A stretch of 64,000 nucleotides of DNA, taken from the NCBI GenBank assembly GCA_963811165.1, contig CAWEQH010000001.1, forward strand, positions 576,001 through 640,000, written 5' to 3'. The DNA is from an uncultured Nitrospiraceae bacterium. Its GTDB lineage: Bacteria; Nitrospirota; Thermodesulfovibrionia; Thermodesulfovibrionales; UBA6898. Numbering within the stretch: position 1 is the first letter of the stretch; the number at the start of each line of letters is the position of its first letter. Shown here piece after piece: positions 1 through 10,179 of this stretch. The notes under the pieces were generated by a model. It was given only the letters and a program-made list of their open reading frames with translations. It had not been told where the DNA came from and ran no database searches. Both the position numbers and the translations under genes were made by a program.

Positions 1-1668
1 CACAAGCCTGGCGGTTTTGTAAAGCTCTTTCAGTCTCTCTTCGCTCACTTTGCCCAAAATCCTCACGTTTTTTGATTGCAGGGCCGAAATGTCCTTGGGC
101 GGATTCGCGCCGACCACGTTAAATACGATCTTCGGGATCTCCCGCCGGATGAGGGGAAGAACCTCAGTGCAAAACCAGGAGACGGCGTCCCTGTTGGGCG
201 TGTGGGCGAAGCCGCCGACAAATAGTAAATCCATACGCTTGCCGAAATCACGATCCGGTGCCGGTACATTTTCGTAGAAGAAAAGAGGGACCGTCAGAAC
301 CCGCTTGTGTGGAAAATCCTCCTTGATTATCTTCTCCTCCACCTCGCTGAATGTCAACAGAACGTCACTGCTGGAAAATATAAAGTCCTCTTTCTTTTTA
401 TAAAGCCCCGCTTTAGCGAGAATTGTTTTATCATTTTTCACCTGAGCCTCCCGCTTGAGCCTCAAGTAATGGAGGTCAGAACACTGGTAAATGATCGTGG
501 CTTCAGTATACTTTTTGACAGCCTCCAAAAATTTTATTGCAGGATCGGGCTTGTAAAAAAAGACATAGTCATTCTCCTGCCCATTGTTCCGCAGCCAGCT
601 TTCCCAGTTGTTCCGGTACCACTCGCCGTCCAGAGTTTCAATCCCGAGGTCGTTGAGTTCGGACAAATACGGTTCCACGCGTTTGAAATCGGCAGGCAGG
701 AATTTTACGTTAAGCCCCATCTTTACCAGCAGGGATAGGTACATGAAGTTTGTCCGTGAGCCGGCAAACATGTCGTAATGGGGAACTGTGTAATCCACAA
801 ATAGAAGGGTCTGTTTTTTAGCGCCCTTGCCCCGATTCGTTTCGGCTGTCGATTTATCTACTGCATCAGCTGAAAGAAAGTGCCTGCTGCCCTTTGTGTT
901 CCCTCCCTGCCAGAAGGCCAGCAAGCTTTCTTCTCCACAGGCCCGTTTCTGACCACGACGCGGGCTCGCGGTACAGTGTTTTTGATGAACTCGTGCTTGA
1001 GGAGTTCATAGTTCTCCCTTACGTATGCAAAAAGCTTCTGTTCCTCTTCCATAAGCGGCTGCAAGATCCGGAGTTCTGCGTCCGTAACGGTCAGAGGCTT
1101 ATCTTTGGGAGTGACGTTGATGCGTACGTTTTTCAAACGTGCGCCCAACAATTCGGAGAGGGTCGAAAGAAAATCGTCATAGTGCTCCAGCGAAGCGACA
1201 TAAACATGATTACGCTGAATATTGTCTACTGCGTCCTTAAACCTGCCGTTATGACTGAAATGCCAGCATGCCATATTGACCTGTTTGGTGCGGATTTGGT
1301 GTTTGACAAACGCCGAGAGATCCTCAAACTTAAGCTTATGATGGGCGGTCAGAGTGCTAACCCTGTGGTAATGCCACAAGGACATGAGCCGCTCGGCGGG
1401 ATCACGAAGAATAGCTACGGCCGGATAGTCAATGCCTTTATCAAGTATTTCTGTCAGTGAAATATGACCCGATATATAGTTATATTTCCTCAGTTCGTTG
1501 CTAGTCGCTTTCAAAACGGCGACGGTCTGCTTCATTTCCGAATCTGACCGAAGCGGCCTTTCCGAAGTGCCTCTCAAGCTCATGGTGCAAAGAGAGCCCC
1601 GCAGTCTTGGGGATATGAATGAAGACTAGGTTTTGTAAGCAACCCCAGCGTTGGCCAGCCGACATCAT
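1..1668 (-). CDS. Sulfotransferase-family domain apparently fused to a GT4-type glycosyltransferase (frameshifted; runs off the left edge)
   Basis: Manual translation: ATG at 1668 overlaps the upstream stop, then LVFIHIPKTAG (PAPS-binding motif) and ORF 858..1583 with SGH and LRDPAERLMS. Below ~857 the minus strand reads LFVDYTVPHYDMFAGSR...DLHYLRLKRE...LLFVGGFAHTPNRDAVSWF...VVGANPP (GT4-like). Several 1-nt frameshifts. Confidence 0.75.
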
Positions 1669-2813
1669 CTTTCCTTTAGCTTCAATATAATTTCGTGCGC
1701 CCGGCGCAGAGGCCCGGTCACACGCCAGCTGGAAGAGTTAAGTAGCTCCTCGACCTGCCTGGTTTTCTCTGCCAGTTGTTCTTTGGTCTTCTCCAGCAGT
1801 CTTTCTCGTTCAGCGAGATTCTCCCGGCAATCATTTCTTATTACCGACATCATCTTCATTTTGTAATCGTAAATGCATATTGATTGGACGTCGAACAACT
1901 TTGCGATTCTTGCTGTTTCCTGTAATGTTTCATGATTGATATTGGCCGCGTCAGGCCTTTTTCGTAAAAAGACGATCTGCTGGTCCACATCGAGCTGAAA
2001 AGTTGTTATATGTTCATATAGGGAACTCCATTGATTAACGAGCAGATCGGGTGAAAGAAAAGCCTCTCCATATGTGATTTCAGCATCCGAAGAATAAGGA
2101 ATAAAGACAAAGCCGGTCTTTCCGTAAAGATCCTCTTCCAATTCACAGTCTCGGGAAAAAGATGTCTGCAGCCTATAAAAATATCGCTCAGATTCGGGGG
2201 ATCTGAGCGGCTCCTTCTGGAGCTGACGTATGATATCAAAGCGGCGCGGCTGCCATACAGTCATCGCAAGCATTCCACCGGGCCTGAGGATCCTGAAATA
2301 TTCATGCATCCATAACGTCACGGCATAATACGAAAGGTGAGTAAAAACGGAATATCCCTCGATTATGTCGAAACAGTCATCTTCATAGGGGGTTAGGGGA
2401 AGAGGGTTGATTAATTGAAAGTTCAGTTCACCCCTGAAGCAGGAGTTGCAGATGTCAATACTCCGGGGAGATACGTCGCACCCCTTGAGGTTGGATGGAG
2501 TTATATCTTTCATGAAAAACCGTATAATCCTGCCCCAACCGGAGCCGGCGTCGAGCAGCTTTGTCTGTTCGCCTATTTTTCCATTCTGTGACACGTAAGT
2601 ATCTTTAATGGATTTGTAATACTGATATGGCTCATGAACATTATTTTCGAGGGTCGATCCAACAAAATAACATTGGGTTGCTTTATCCGGGACAAGAGGA
2701 AAAGCAATTCCATCAACCATGGGATCGATCGCCGATTTTCTGATTATTTCTTTCCAGTCTTCGTCGGGCGTAGAATTATACTTCCTGAATATTTTTTCAG
2801 CATTTGAACTCAT
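1665..2813 (-). CDS. Class I SAM-dependent methyltransferase with C-terminal coiled coil and SWxxTxPLR tail
   Basis: LLDAGSGWGR (motif I), YSVFTHL, LRPGG; C-terminal LAERERLLEKTKEQLAEK...SSSWRVTGPLR. Confidence 0.85.
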   Translation of the reverse strand: MSSNAEKIFRKYNSTPDEDWKEIIRKSAIDPMVDGIAFPLVPDKATQCYFVGSTLENNVHEPYQYYKSIKDTYVSQNGKIGEQTKLLDAGSGWGRIIRFFMKDITPSNLKGCDVSPRSIDICNSCFRGELNFQLINPLPLTPYEDDCFDIIEGYSVFTHLSYYAVTLWMHEYFRILRPGGMLAMTVWQPRRFDIIRQLQKEPLRSPESERYFYRLQTSFSRDCELEEDLYGKTGFVFIPYSSDAEITYGEAFLSPDLLVNQWSSLYEHITTFQLDVDQQIVFLRKRPDAANINHETLQETARIAKLFDVQSICIYDYKMKMMSVIRNDCRENLAERERLLEKTKEQLAEKTRQVEELLNSSSWRVTGPLRRAHEIILKLKER

Positions 2814-2855
2814 AATATTTTCCTCTCCGAACTAGTTCGATGTGTCACCTTCATC

Positions 2856-3941
2856 TCACGACGTTACGACATGCAATGTTTTTTCAAGGTACGCTTCGCC
2901 CCACCTCAGATCCGGTTCCAGATAGTTGGTCTCGGCCCACTCGTTCCAAGACTTGATGAAGACAACCCTCCGGTCATGGCTGCGGGCAGCTACAAGGCCA
3001 ACAGCTTCACGAAGGTGTTTGGCGTAGAGCTCGGGTCTAGAGCCTGCAAGGACAAAGCCGTTGACTCCGGAGCGGGGTGTGTTGTCCCAGTTTGGGACCA
3101 CGCAAGGGTAGAACTCCGGCCGGCGCGTCTTTTCCGGAAAGGCGTTCCTGACGAAGGTTTCATAGGAGTAGATCTGTGGCAACTCCGGTTTATCGTTGGG
3201 GAAAGTCCGGGCAATCTTCTCGTTGAGGGACTTGATCCCCTGGTATGCAAGCATTGCCACTGGAGGATTCGTTGTGCAGGCGTCATAGCTCTCCTCAGGT
3301 ATCTTCCACGGATAATCCGTAATGGCGATGAAATAGAATCCCGGCACGCCCTCTTTCTCCGCCAATTTCCGCCAGGTATTTATGAAGAGTCCCGGCTCCC
3401 AGAGATCAAAAGGGCGATAGATGCAGAAGATATTTCTGTCGTCTATCTTCATGTAACGGGGGTCGCGGAAGGCATCAATCATGGCATAAAAGTGAGAGAT
3501 GAAATCCTCTACGCCTGGATACGTCTGTTCGATCAGGATACGATCCGGGCAACCGTGCCAGATGCCCGACCATGTATGGTTGGCCCAGGCAAGACAAAAG
3601 GGAAAGTCAGGGTTTCCTGACTTCAGCACTTCATTGAAGGGCCTCTCCAACAGTCTTTTGCCGCCGAACCAGTAATGCCAATAGCAGAACCCCTCTATCC
3701 CGTATCGATGGGCCAGCTCCGCCTGGGCAATCCGGGACTCAGGCACCCGTAAGTCGTAGAAGCTCAGGTCTGCCGGGAAATTCGGCTGCTCGTGTCCGGC
3801 GAACAGAGGCTTTGCCCTGGCGACGTTCGTCCATTCGGTGAATCCTTCGCCCCACCATTCATCGTTTTCCGGGATCGGATGGAACTGGGGAAGATAGAAT
3901 GCGATCAGACGGGCTTTGAGATCAGAATTCTGTCGTATCAT
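2856..3941 (-). CDS. WbsX-family / GH99-like domain protein
   Basis: IAFYLPQFHPIPENDEWWGEGFTEWTNV, FYDLR, FCYWHYWF, WANHTW, WDNTPR, WNEWAE motifs. Confidence 0.9.
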   Translation of the reverse strand: MIRQNSDLKARLIAFYLPQFHPIPENDEWWGEGFTEWTNVARAKPLFAGHEQPNFPADLSFYDLRVPESRIAQAELAHRYGIEGFCYWHYWFGGKRLLERPFNEVLKSGNPDFPFCLAWANHTWSGIWHGCPDRILIEQTYPGVEDFISHFYAMIDAFRDPRYMKIDDRNIFCIYRPFDLWEPGLFINTWRKLAEKEGVPGFYFIAITDYPWKIPEESYDACTTNPPVAMLAYQGIKSLNEKIARTFPNDKPELPQIYSYETFVRNAFPEKTRRPEFYPCVVPNWDNTPRSGVNGFVLAGSRPELYAKHLREAVGLVAARSHDRRVVFIKSWNEWAETNYLEPDLRWGEAYLEKTLHVVTS

Positions 3942-3965
3942 AAACTCCCTGTTGATGACATTCGA

Positions 3966-5072
3966 TTATTTTGCCAATAAGCGGTCTGCCAGCCATCTGA
4001 GCGAGGCTGTTAACTCCCAACTCAGGGAGCTTTCCAAGGCATGTATCTTCTGGTCTTTTTCGGCTAAACGTCTGTCCTTTTCGGCCAGACGTTGGTCTCT
4101 ATCGTCCAACTGACGGTGCATTTCAGCCAACTGACGGTCCATATCAGCCAGTTGGGTCAATTGCCGGTTAATCAAGTCCAGAGTTTCTTTTCGATTCCAA
4201 AGATCGGTCGCATCGTAGCGGTAGAATCGCGCATAAGAAAAAAAGTCGTTCCACAGTCGGGCTACCGTCTCCCGATTTGAAGGGGAGTCCAGTGGATCAC
4301 CCTCAAGCATGCGCTGAAAAAGTTCATAGAGTTCTTTTACGGGCCGGGGCGCTCCGCATTTATTGAGGTCCTCTGCCGTCGAAGCGCTGTGCCTCAAATC
4401 AGATCTTACAAAGGAAGCCATCCTCTCCCGAAGCTCGCTATCGTCCCGGGGCCACGAGATAGCCAGACCTTCTGAGACGCGTCTCAACTCCATCTCCCAT
4501 TCGTCAAGGAAGAGGTCATAGGAGACGAAAACCTTCGATATTTTATCTATTGCCCGAAGAGCGGTGATGTTGTAATTGAACCATATGCCGAAGCCTTTAT
4601 CGAGGGAAAACCCGTCTCGTTTCTGAAGTGAGCGCGCGACATCAAGGGGGTTTCTCACCACAAAAACTATGGAGAGATCAACCCCGAGATCAGTGAGAAC
4701 TTCTTGCCAAAGCTCAATAAATATCTGCGAACGCGGATCTTTCCAGCCCCACAGAGGAATGCCGGAGAAGTTAGCCCTGATGAGCGAGCTGATCTCATCT
4801 CTAAAAGGCTTCACCTCCGAAGCACCTTGCCATCCGGAAGGAAAAGGCAGAGCCGTATCCCATTTTCTCTTCATCTCTGCCAGAAGTCGTTCCTGCAGAT
4901 TATTGAAATCAATTCTCTCCCAGAGTCCTTCGGGATTATAGTCCCGGGCAGAGTAAAGGTCCGACTCTTCTCCAAGATATACACCCAACAGATTAATAGC
5001 CCGCGCGATCACAGAAGTTCCGCTCCGGTGCATGCCTAGGATGCAGATGGCTTTTTGTCCTTTACTGTTCAT
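3966..5072 (-). CDS. Sulfotransferase-family (P-loop-like) protein with heptad coiled coil and SWxxTxxLR tail
   Basis: ILGMHRSGTS, WGWKDPR, RNPLDVARSL; C-terminal heptads (RQLAEMH, QRLAEKD, RRLAEKD) then SLSWELTASLR. Confidence 0.85.
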   Translation of the reverse strand: MNSKGQKAICILGMHRSGTSVIARAINLLGVYLGEESDLYSARDYNPEGLWERIDFNNLQERLLAEMKRKWDTALPFPSGWQGASEVKPFRDEISSLIRANFSGIPLWGWKDPRSQIFIELWQEVLTDLGVDLSIVFVVRNPLDVARSLQKRDGFSLDKGFGIWFNYNITALRAIDKISKVFVSYDLFLDEWEMELRRVSEGLAISWPRDDSELRERMASFVRSDLRHSASTAEDLNKCGAPRPVKELYELFQRMLEGDPLDSPSNRETVARLWNDFFSYARFYRYDATDLWNRKETLDLINRQLTQLADMDRQLAEMHRQLDDRDQRLAEKDRRLAEKDQKIHALESSLSWELTASLRWLADRLLAK

Positions 5073-5319
5073 CTTATTAGCGGGGGGAAATCACTCTTCT
5101 TCGAACTTTAAAATAACTTTTTTATCAATCATGAAATAAACAAAAAAAAGTTCTCCTCATGAAAGTTAGACACAATTATTATAACATAGCGCTGTTTATT
5201 GAAAGTTTTGTTAGCAAAAATTGCTTCATCGAGAAACGGACCAATTCGAAAGAAGAAATTCTTGGAGGGAGCATGAGGGGCGTGAAGTGTTTGTTGCAGC
5301 GGTCGCTGATAACTGCGCA

Positions 5320-5349
5320 TTGACTAGCGGCGCCTCGTCATGTTATAAG
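5320..5349 (+). promoter_or_regulatory. Putative sigma-70 promoter of the radical SAM gene
   Basis: TTGACT-N18-TATAAG with TG extension, just upstream of ATG 5355. Confidence 0.4.
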
Positions 5350-5354
5350 AATAA

Positions 5355-6389
5355 ATGTCTCAAAAAGCAGATTCCTACCAGTTAATAGATACAAAAAAAA
5401 GATTTAGAATAGACATAAAAAAAAGATTTAGAACTGTTCTAAATAAAGACGTTATAAACGTAAGATACTACACCGCTTTCGATGTCTGCAACTTCTCCTG
5501 TGAGTATTGTGTCGCGGGACAAAACAACAAGGCACGAATAATACATAATTTTGATAAACGCAAATATATCGAAATCGTGGAAGCAATCAAGAAGTTGCCT
5601 TTTTCAATGAATATAAGAATAGGGGTAGGAGGGGAATTTTTCCTGAGTCCGGATTTGATCGAAGGGGGAAGACGGCTTTCATGGTCCAGAAATGTAGAAC
5701 ATTTGAATTTAATCACAAATTTGAGTTTTGATTATGCTAGGTATGCTGATCTGCTAAGAGGCTACGACCGCAAAAAAGTTGCAATCGTTGCGAGTTACCA
5801 TCCAACCCAGACAGAGAACAAAAAAAGATGGCTCGAAACCGCCCTCCATATAAACAAGGAATATGATTTTGCTGTGATATTAGTGGCCTACCCGCCTCTT
5901 TTAGGGGATTTGCCTATTATTGCCAGAGAATTGAGGCAGGCGGGTCTCGACGTATTTGTTCAAGGATATATCGGGAGCTACAACAATAAAGTGTACCCTC
6001 TTTCGTACACGATGGAAGAAAAAGAACTTCTTAAAGACATAATGTATAGCCGTCACGATTATGAATTTTTTGTAAACTGCAAAAAACCGGGATTATGCAA
6101 CGCCGGATATAAAAGCCTATATATCGACAGAGAAGGGAAAGTATTTTCCTGTGGAATGGGAAAAGGTGTTAAACTCGGGAATCTGACGGAAAGCCCGGAG
6201 ATCCGCTTCTTCGACGCTCCACGCCCATGCGTTCATGAAACCTGTTTTTGCGATACGGAATATATAAACACGGTCATTTTTGAACAATATTATTTTATGC
6301 TGGGGGGAAATCAGCATAAATATGCTTATAGATTTAAGCAGCTTTCAGAACATATCAAAGAACTGGACGAATGGAAGATCGCTTATTGA
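5355..6389 (+). CDS. Radical SAM protein with Cys-rich C-terminal (SPASM/twitch-like) domain
   Basis: CNFSCEYC (CxxxCxxC), GGEF, C-terminal CNAG...FSC...C-x3-C-x-C. Confidence 0.85.
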   Translation: MSQKADSYQLIDTKKRFRIDIKKRFRTVLNKDVINVRYYTAFDVCNFSCEYCVAGQNNKARIIHNFDKRKYIEIVEAIKKLPFSMNIRIGVGGEFFLSPDLIEGGRRLSWSRNVEHLNLITNLSFDYARYADLLRGYDRKKVAIVASYHPTQTENKKRWLETALHINKEYDFAVILVAYPPLLGDLPIIARELRQAGLDVFVQGYIGSYNNKVYPLSYTMEEKELLKDIMYSRHDYEFFVNCKKPGLCNAGYKSLYIDREGKVFSCGMGKGVKLGNLTESPEIRFFDAPRPCVHETCFCDTEYINTVIFEQYYFMLGGNQHKYAYRFKQLSEHIKELDEWKIAY

Positions 6390-6476
6390 TATCTCTTCTA
6401 TTCGCTCTGACCTTCTTTCGATCCAGAAGCGGGCCTCAACGATGGGAAAAGCGCTCATTGCATGGCGGACAGTTTG

Positions 6477-6507
6477 AAAAAAAAGGCAGGGTTATTCACC
6501 CTGCCTT
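6477..6507 (-). terminator. Rho-independent terminator downstream of the S74 gene
   Basis: AAGGCAGGG-N7-CCCTGCCTT stem, followed on the minus strand by a U-run (A8 at 6477-6484 on +). Confidence 0.75.
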
Positions 6508-6533
6508 AGAATAGCCTCAAAAAAACGTTTTAT

Positions 6534-7437
6534 CTAATTGCCGGCAGTCAGAGATGGTCCAACGCTTCCAAACATATCTTTTGATTTGATCTTCGTGACC
6601 TGTGCTTCAAGTTTATTCAACTTTTCCGAGAGTTCGGCAATTGTCTTGTTCTGCTCCTGAACAACTTTCGTCAATACTGCCACGATGTCCATGGTGCTTA
6701 AGGTCTTTCGGTCAGGAGTCGCCACGAGGTCCGGAACATCCTCTGCGATAAAACCGACATGTTTATAACCGGGGATATCCTTGTATACAAAGGTAACAGG
6801 ATTCATTTTCTTGACGGCCGCGATAGCCTTTTCGGCACTAAGTTCTTGAATATTGTCTTTGTATTCTTCTGCTCGATGACGTAAACCATGTAGCTCCATC
6901 CGAACCTGCTCCGTTGGTCCCTACATTAAAAAGATGATGCAGCGTGGATGTGCCCGTGCCCACCCCGACTTTCCCACTGGGAAATAAAACACTGCTCCGA
7001 CCAGCAATTGATATCATATCCTGAGGACCTGTCATATTATAATGTCTTATCTTAAATGTAGCGCTCGGCAAATTGAAGAGATTTGAACCAAAATCAAAAA
7101 TTTCCCATCCTGGGTTTGAAGGATCTTGCGGACCTATAGCCTGCCATCTCGGGGCAAAATCAGTTGCCGAGCTTCCTATCAAACTGATCCTGCTGTTCGT
7201 TTGATTAGTCACAAGTTGAACATGAGACGCTCCACCGGTATGCCCCATTACTTGAATTTGGAATGCGTTGTTTGCGTCTGTTCCGCCGGCAAACACTTCA
7301 CCGGTGTCGCTGACACTAAACACAGTATTCGTTCCCCCCGAATCCTTCACGATCAGTTTGTCCGCGCTGAACGCAGCCGCCGCCAGCAAAAAGATAAGAG
7401 CAACAACTGTCAATACAACTGCAAATGACTTTTTCAT
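6534..7437 (-). CDS. Secreted fibre-like protein with peptidase S74 intramolecular chaperone domain (one frameshift ~6870)
   Basis: Signal peptide MKKSFAVVLTVVALIFLLAAAAFSA; GKVGVGT strand motif; across the shift SSSR/EYKDNI...NPVTFVYK...HVGFIAEDVP...IVAVLTKVVQEQ plus coiled coil. Confidence 0.85.
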
Positions 7438-7863
7438 CTCTTTTCTCCTTTCAAAGAAATATTTATAACAAACATTGACTTTCGATGTCCCGTCGATTTT
7501 CCTTAGTTGAGTTGCCTCCTTTGTTGATCATCCGTAATATTTCTTCCCGATATAAATCGGCCCCATTAAACGTATATTATCAATTTTTGCGCGATTTATC
7601 AAAATAAAACTATCCACGAGCAGTTCCCTTTCTGTCCGCCCGCTTTGGGCGATACCTGCACGTGTTTATGTTTGGGTTGGCGATAAAGCCGATATTGTAG
7701 TCCGCCGCCACCTCGGGCGTTGATAGAAGGAGGATATGCCCCGAAGACTGTCGGACCACGGACTGAAATTTTCGCTAAAAATCAAGGCCTTTTTGGTGAT
7801 ATTATGAAATGCGCATAGCATGTCCGTTTCTGAAACAACGCTAACGTCAAGTTACGTTTTCCC

Positions 7864-10034
7864 TCACAGCACTATCACATTCCCGATGATTACGGTCCCC
7901 TTGCTGATCGTGAGTGTCCCGCTAATAGTCGTAGAACCGGTTTGGGACTCGAAGGCAGGGTCATAACCGCCCAGCAGACTTACGGTAATGCCCAGAGGCA
8001 GGTTAATGACGGGGCTTCCGGCAAGAGGAGTTTCCGGACTCGTCGTTTGCAGGCGAATGTCATCCCAGTTGCCGCAATCTCCTGCGGCCGTCTGGATGTC
8101 CGCATAGGTTGCCACAATTGCGCTGCCCTGCGCGAGCGCGACAGGATCGTTGCCGCGCAAGGGAATATCCAAGGTCGTCAAGATGGCAGGGTCATTGGAT
8201 GCAATGCTCAACTGTCCGGTTCTTGCCCCTGCCCCTATGGGAGTAATAGAGACACTGCAGCTTGACAGGGACGGTATCGCATGACCTGAACAGCCGTCAT
8301 TCGCTATTTCAAAATCGCCGCTGATCGACACAGTGCCTATGGTGAGGTCGGCGGTGCCCTGATTCACTATGAGTATGGTGCATGAAGTAGCAGCCGGATT
8401 TTGAAACATGTCAAATGTGCATGCATTGGAGTCGTTGACGAAATAGGCTGACGGCGGCAGGCCGGCAATCTGAGGGTACATCGCCCCTTGCTGAGTAATT
8501 AATAAAGGCGTATTGGTATGCGGCGGCTACATCGGCAGGCCAAACCCGTAGGTATTGTTAGGCGAAGAAGGCTCATCCGGCAGCGGAAGGGCTGACTTCT
8601 GAATAGCTTCCTCTATCTGGTCAGGCGTTAGCCCAGGCATTGCGCCTGCCAGTAGTGCTACAGCCCCTGAAGCATGCGGCGCAGATTGCGAGGTCCCGGA
8701 ATATAAAGCATATTCGGAGGTAGTGGTGCCTGAAAAAATGGAACCTTCCGGGATAGAGGACCGGATGTTTGAACCGGGAGCAACCACATTCGGGAAGTTG
8801 ATCCCCGTAAAAGTGGGGAAGTCAGGCCTGGCAGAACAGGCGGAAGGGCCCCAGGCGCTATAGCCTGCGATGACATTACTCGGGCTTGCGCAACCAATGC
8901 CAATGCAGTCTGTTGCGCCTACAGCGAAGACCCCAGGATTGTTGGCTGGGCTGAAGCTCGATGGAGAAATGACGGGCGTCGTGGGAACATTCCCGGCAGA
9001 AAAGACGACCTCTATCCCGGCAGCCTGCAGATTAGATATCACAATAAAAAAGTAGTGTCACATGCATTTTGAGAAGTGTCTATCTGCCATGAGTTGTTTA
9101 CAACATCCGGCGCAGGTTCGCAGACACAGCCGGTATCTGCAGGGTCGCAGCCAGGGCAAAGGGCCCACCCCAATGCACTGATAATGTCGCTGTCTTGCGC
9201 GTTGCCGGCATCGTTGAATATCTTTGCCGATATCCACTTCGCCCCCGGGGCCATCCCTATCGCATTGCCTGAAGCGGTTCCTCCGGCCATGATGCCCATC
9301 GTATGTGTGCCGTGGACATGAGTATTGTTCAGGTCGAGACAGGTAAAGTCCGAAGATTGGCATGCTACGGCCTTAAGGCCGTAAGGAGTCGTAGTATGAT
9401 TATAAGGTTACCAGCTTGGGCAATTGGGAGGAGTGCTGCATGCCCCTCCTCTCCACCGGTACTTCAAATCCGGGTGGTTCACATCGACCCCTGTATCAAG
9501 ATTGGCCACTACCGCGCCGACACCTGTGATTCCCGCGGCCCAGAGGGCGGGCGCGTTCACCCTGTCGATGTTCCAGCGGGGTGTGCCCGGCAAGGCAGGG
9601 ACCATGGGCGTAAGCTGGACAACGGCATCCAGTTCAATGCTCGCTACCTGCGGCGAACCCGAGAGTTCGTTTATAGTTGAAGCCGGGACAGTGACGGCAA
9701 TCGAATTCGTTATCCAAAGAGGCTTTATCTTCTTACCGCTTCTGTTTTGAAGCAATGCCTTGATCGGTCCCTGCGTCTTGTCCGCCTTGTCCTTAAGCGC
9801 AGCGGCAATCGCTTCTTCTAATTGCCCTGCCCTCCCGCGTACGACTCGCGGGGACTAGAGGAATTTGTTTAACGTCTACCTTATCGGCAAGATTAATGAT
9901 GATAGCTACCTCCTGATTGGGAGGAGCTGTTTGTAATACCGATTGAAGTTCAGGGCTTATAATAGCTGCCTCACAGACGGATAAGATAAACGAGAAGAAA
10001 ATGAAAGAAAGAAACAGAAACACAAACGCCTCAT
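7864..10034 (-). CDS. S8 (subtilisin-like) serine peptidase with prodomain, Ig-like domain and C-terminal extension (multiple frameshifts)
   Basis: Fragments 9793..10023, 9408..9755 (LDTGVD), HGTHTMG at ~9300, 9039..9299 (VVNNSW), 8527..9042 (FSAGN, GTSQSAPH), 7864..8481 (NQGTADLTIG...SNDP). SD AGGAG precedes ATG 10034. Confidence 0.85.
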
Positions 10035-10110
10035 TTTGTTCACTCCTACAGTGCTGTCTTACATATATATTTTAGCAAAATGGTCCAACCTCATAACAAT
10101 CCCAACATAG

Positions 10111-10150
10111 AAGAAACCAAGGCCGCAGGGAGTATGTCCTGCGGCCTTGG
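10111..10150 (-). terminator. Rho-independent terminator after the multicopper oxidase gene
   Basis: Perfect 13-bp stem CCAAGGCCGCAGG-N8-CCTGCGGCCTTGG followed by TTTCTT on the minus strand. Confidence 0.8.
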
Positions 10151-10179
10151 CGTGAACTGTCCTGATACAGGCTAGTCCA

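Noticed and set aside
2871..3620. Long antisense ORFs (also 42306..43058, 50268..50993, 54642..55349, 63253..63909)
   Set aside because: They overlap well-supported genes on the opposite strand and lack recognisable features.
6534..7437. Prophage tail gene
   Set aside because: It has a signal peptide, and there are no integrase, capsid, terminase or other phage genes nearby.
7620..7790. c-di-GMP (GEMM) riboswitch
   Set aside because: Lacks the GNRA tetraloop/receptor and GCAAA core; retained only as an unassigned hairpin.
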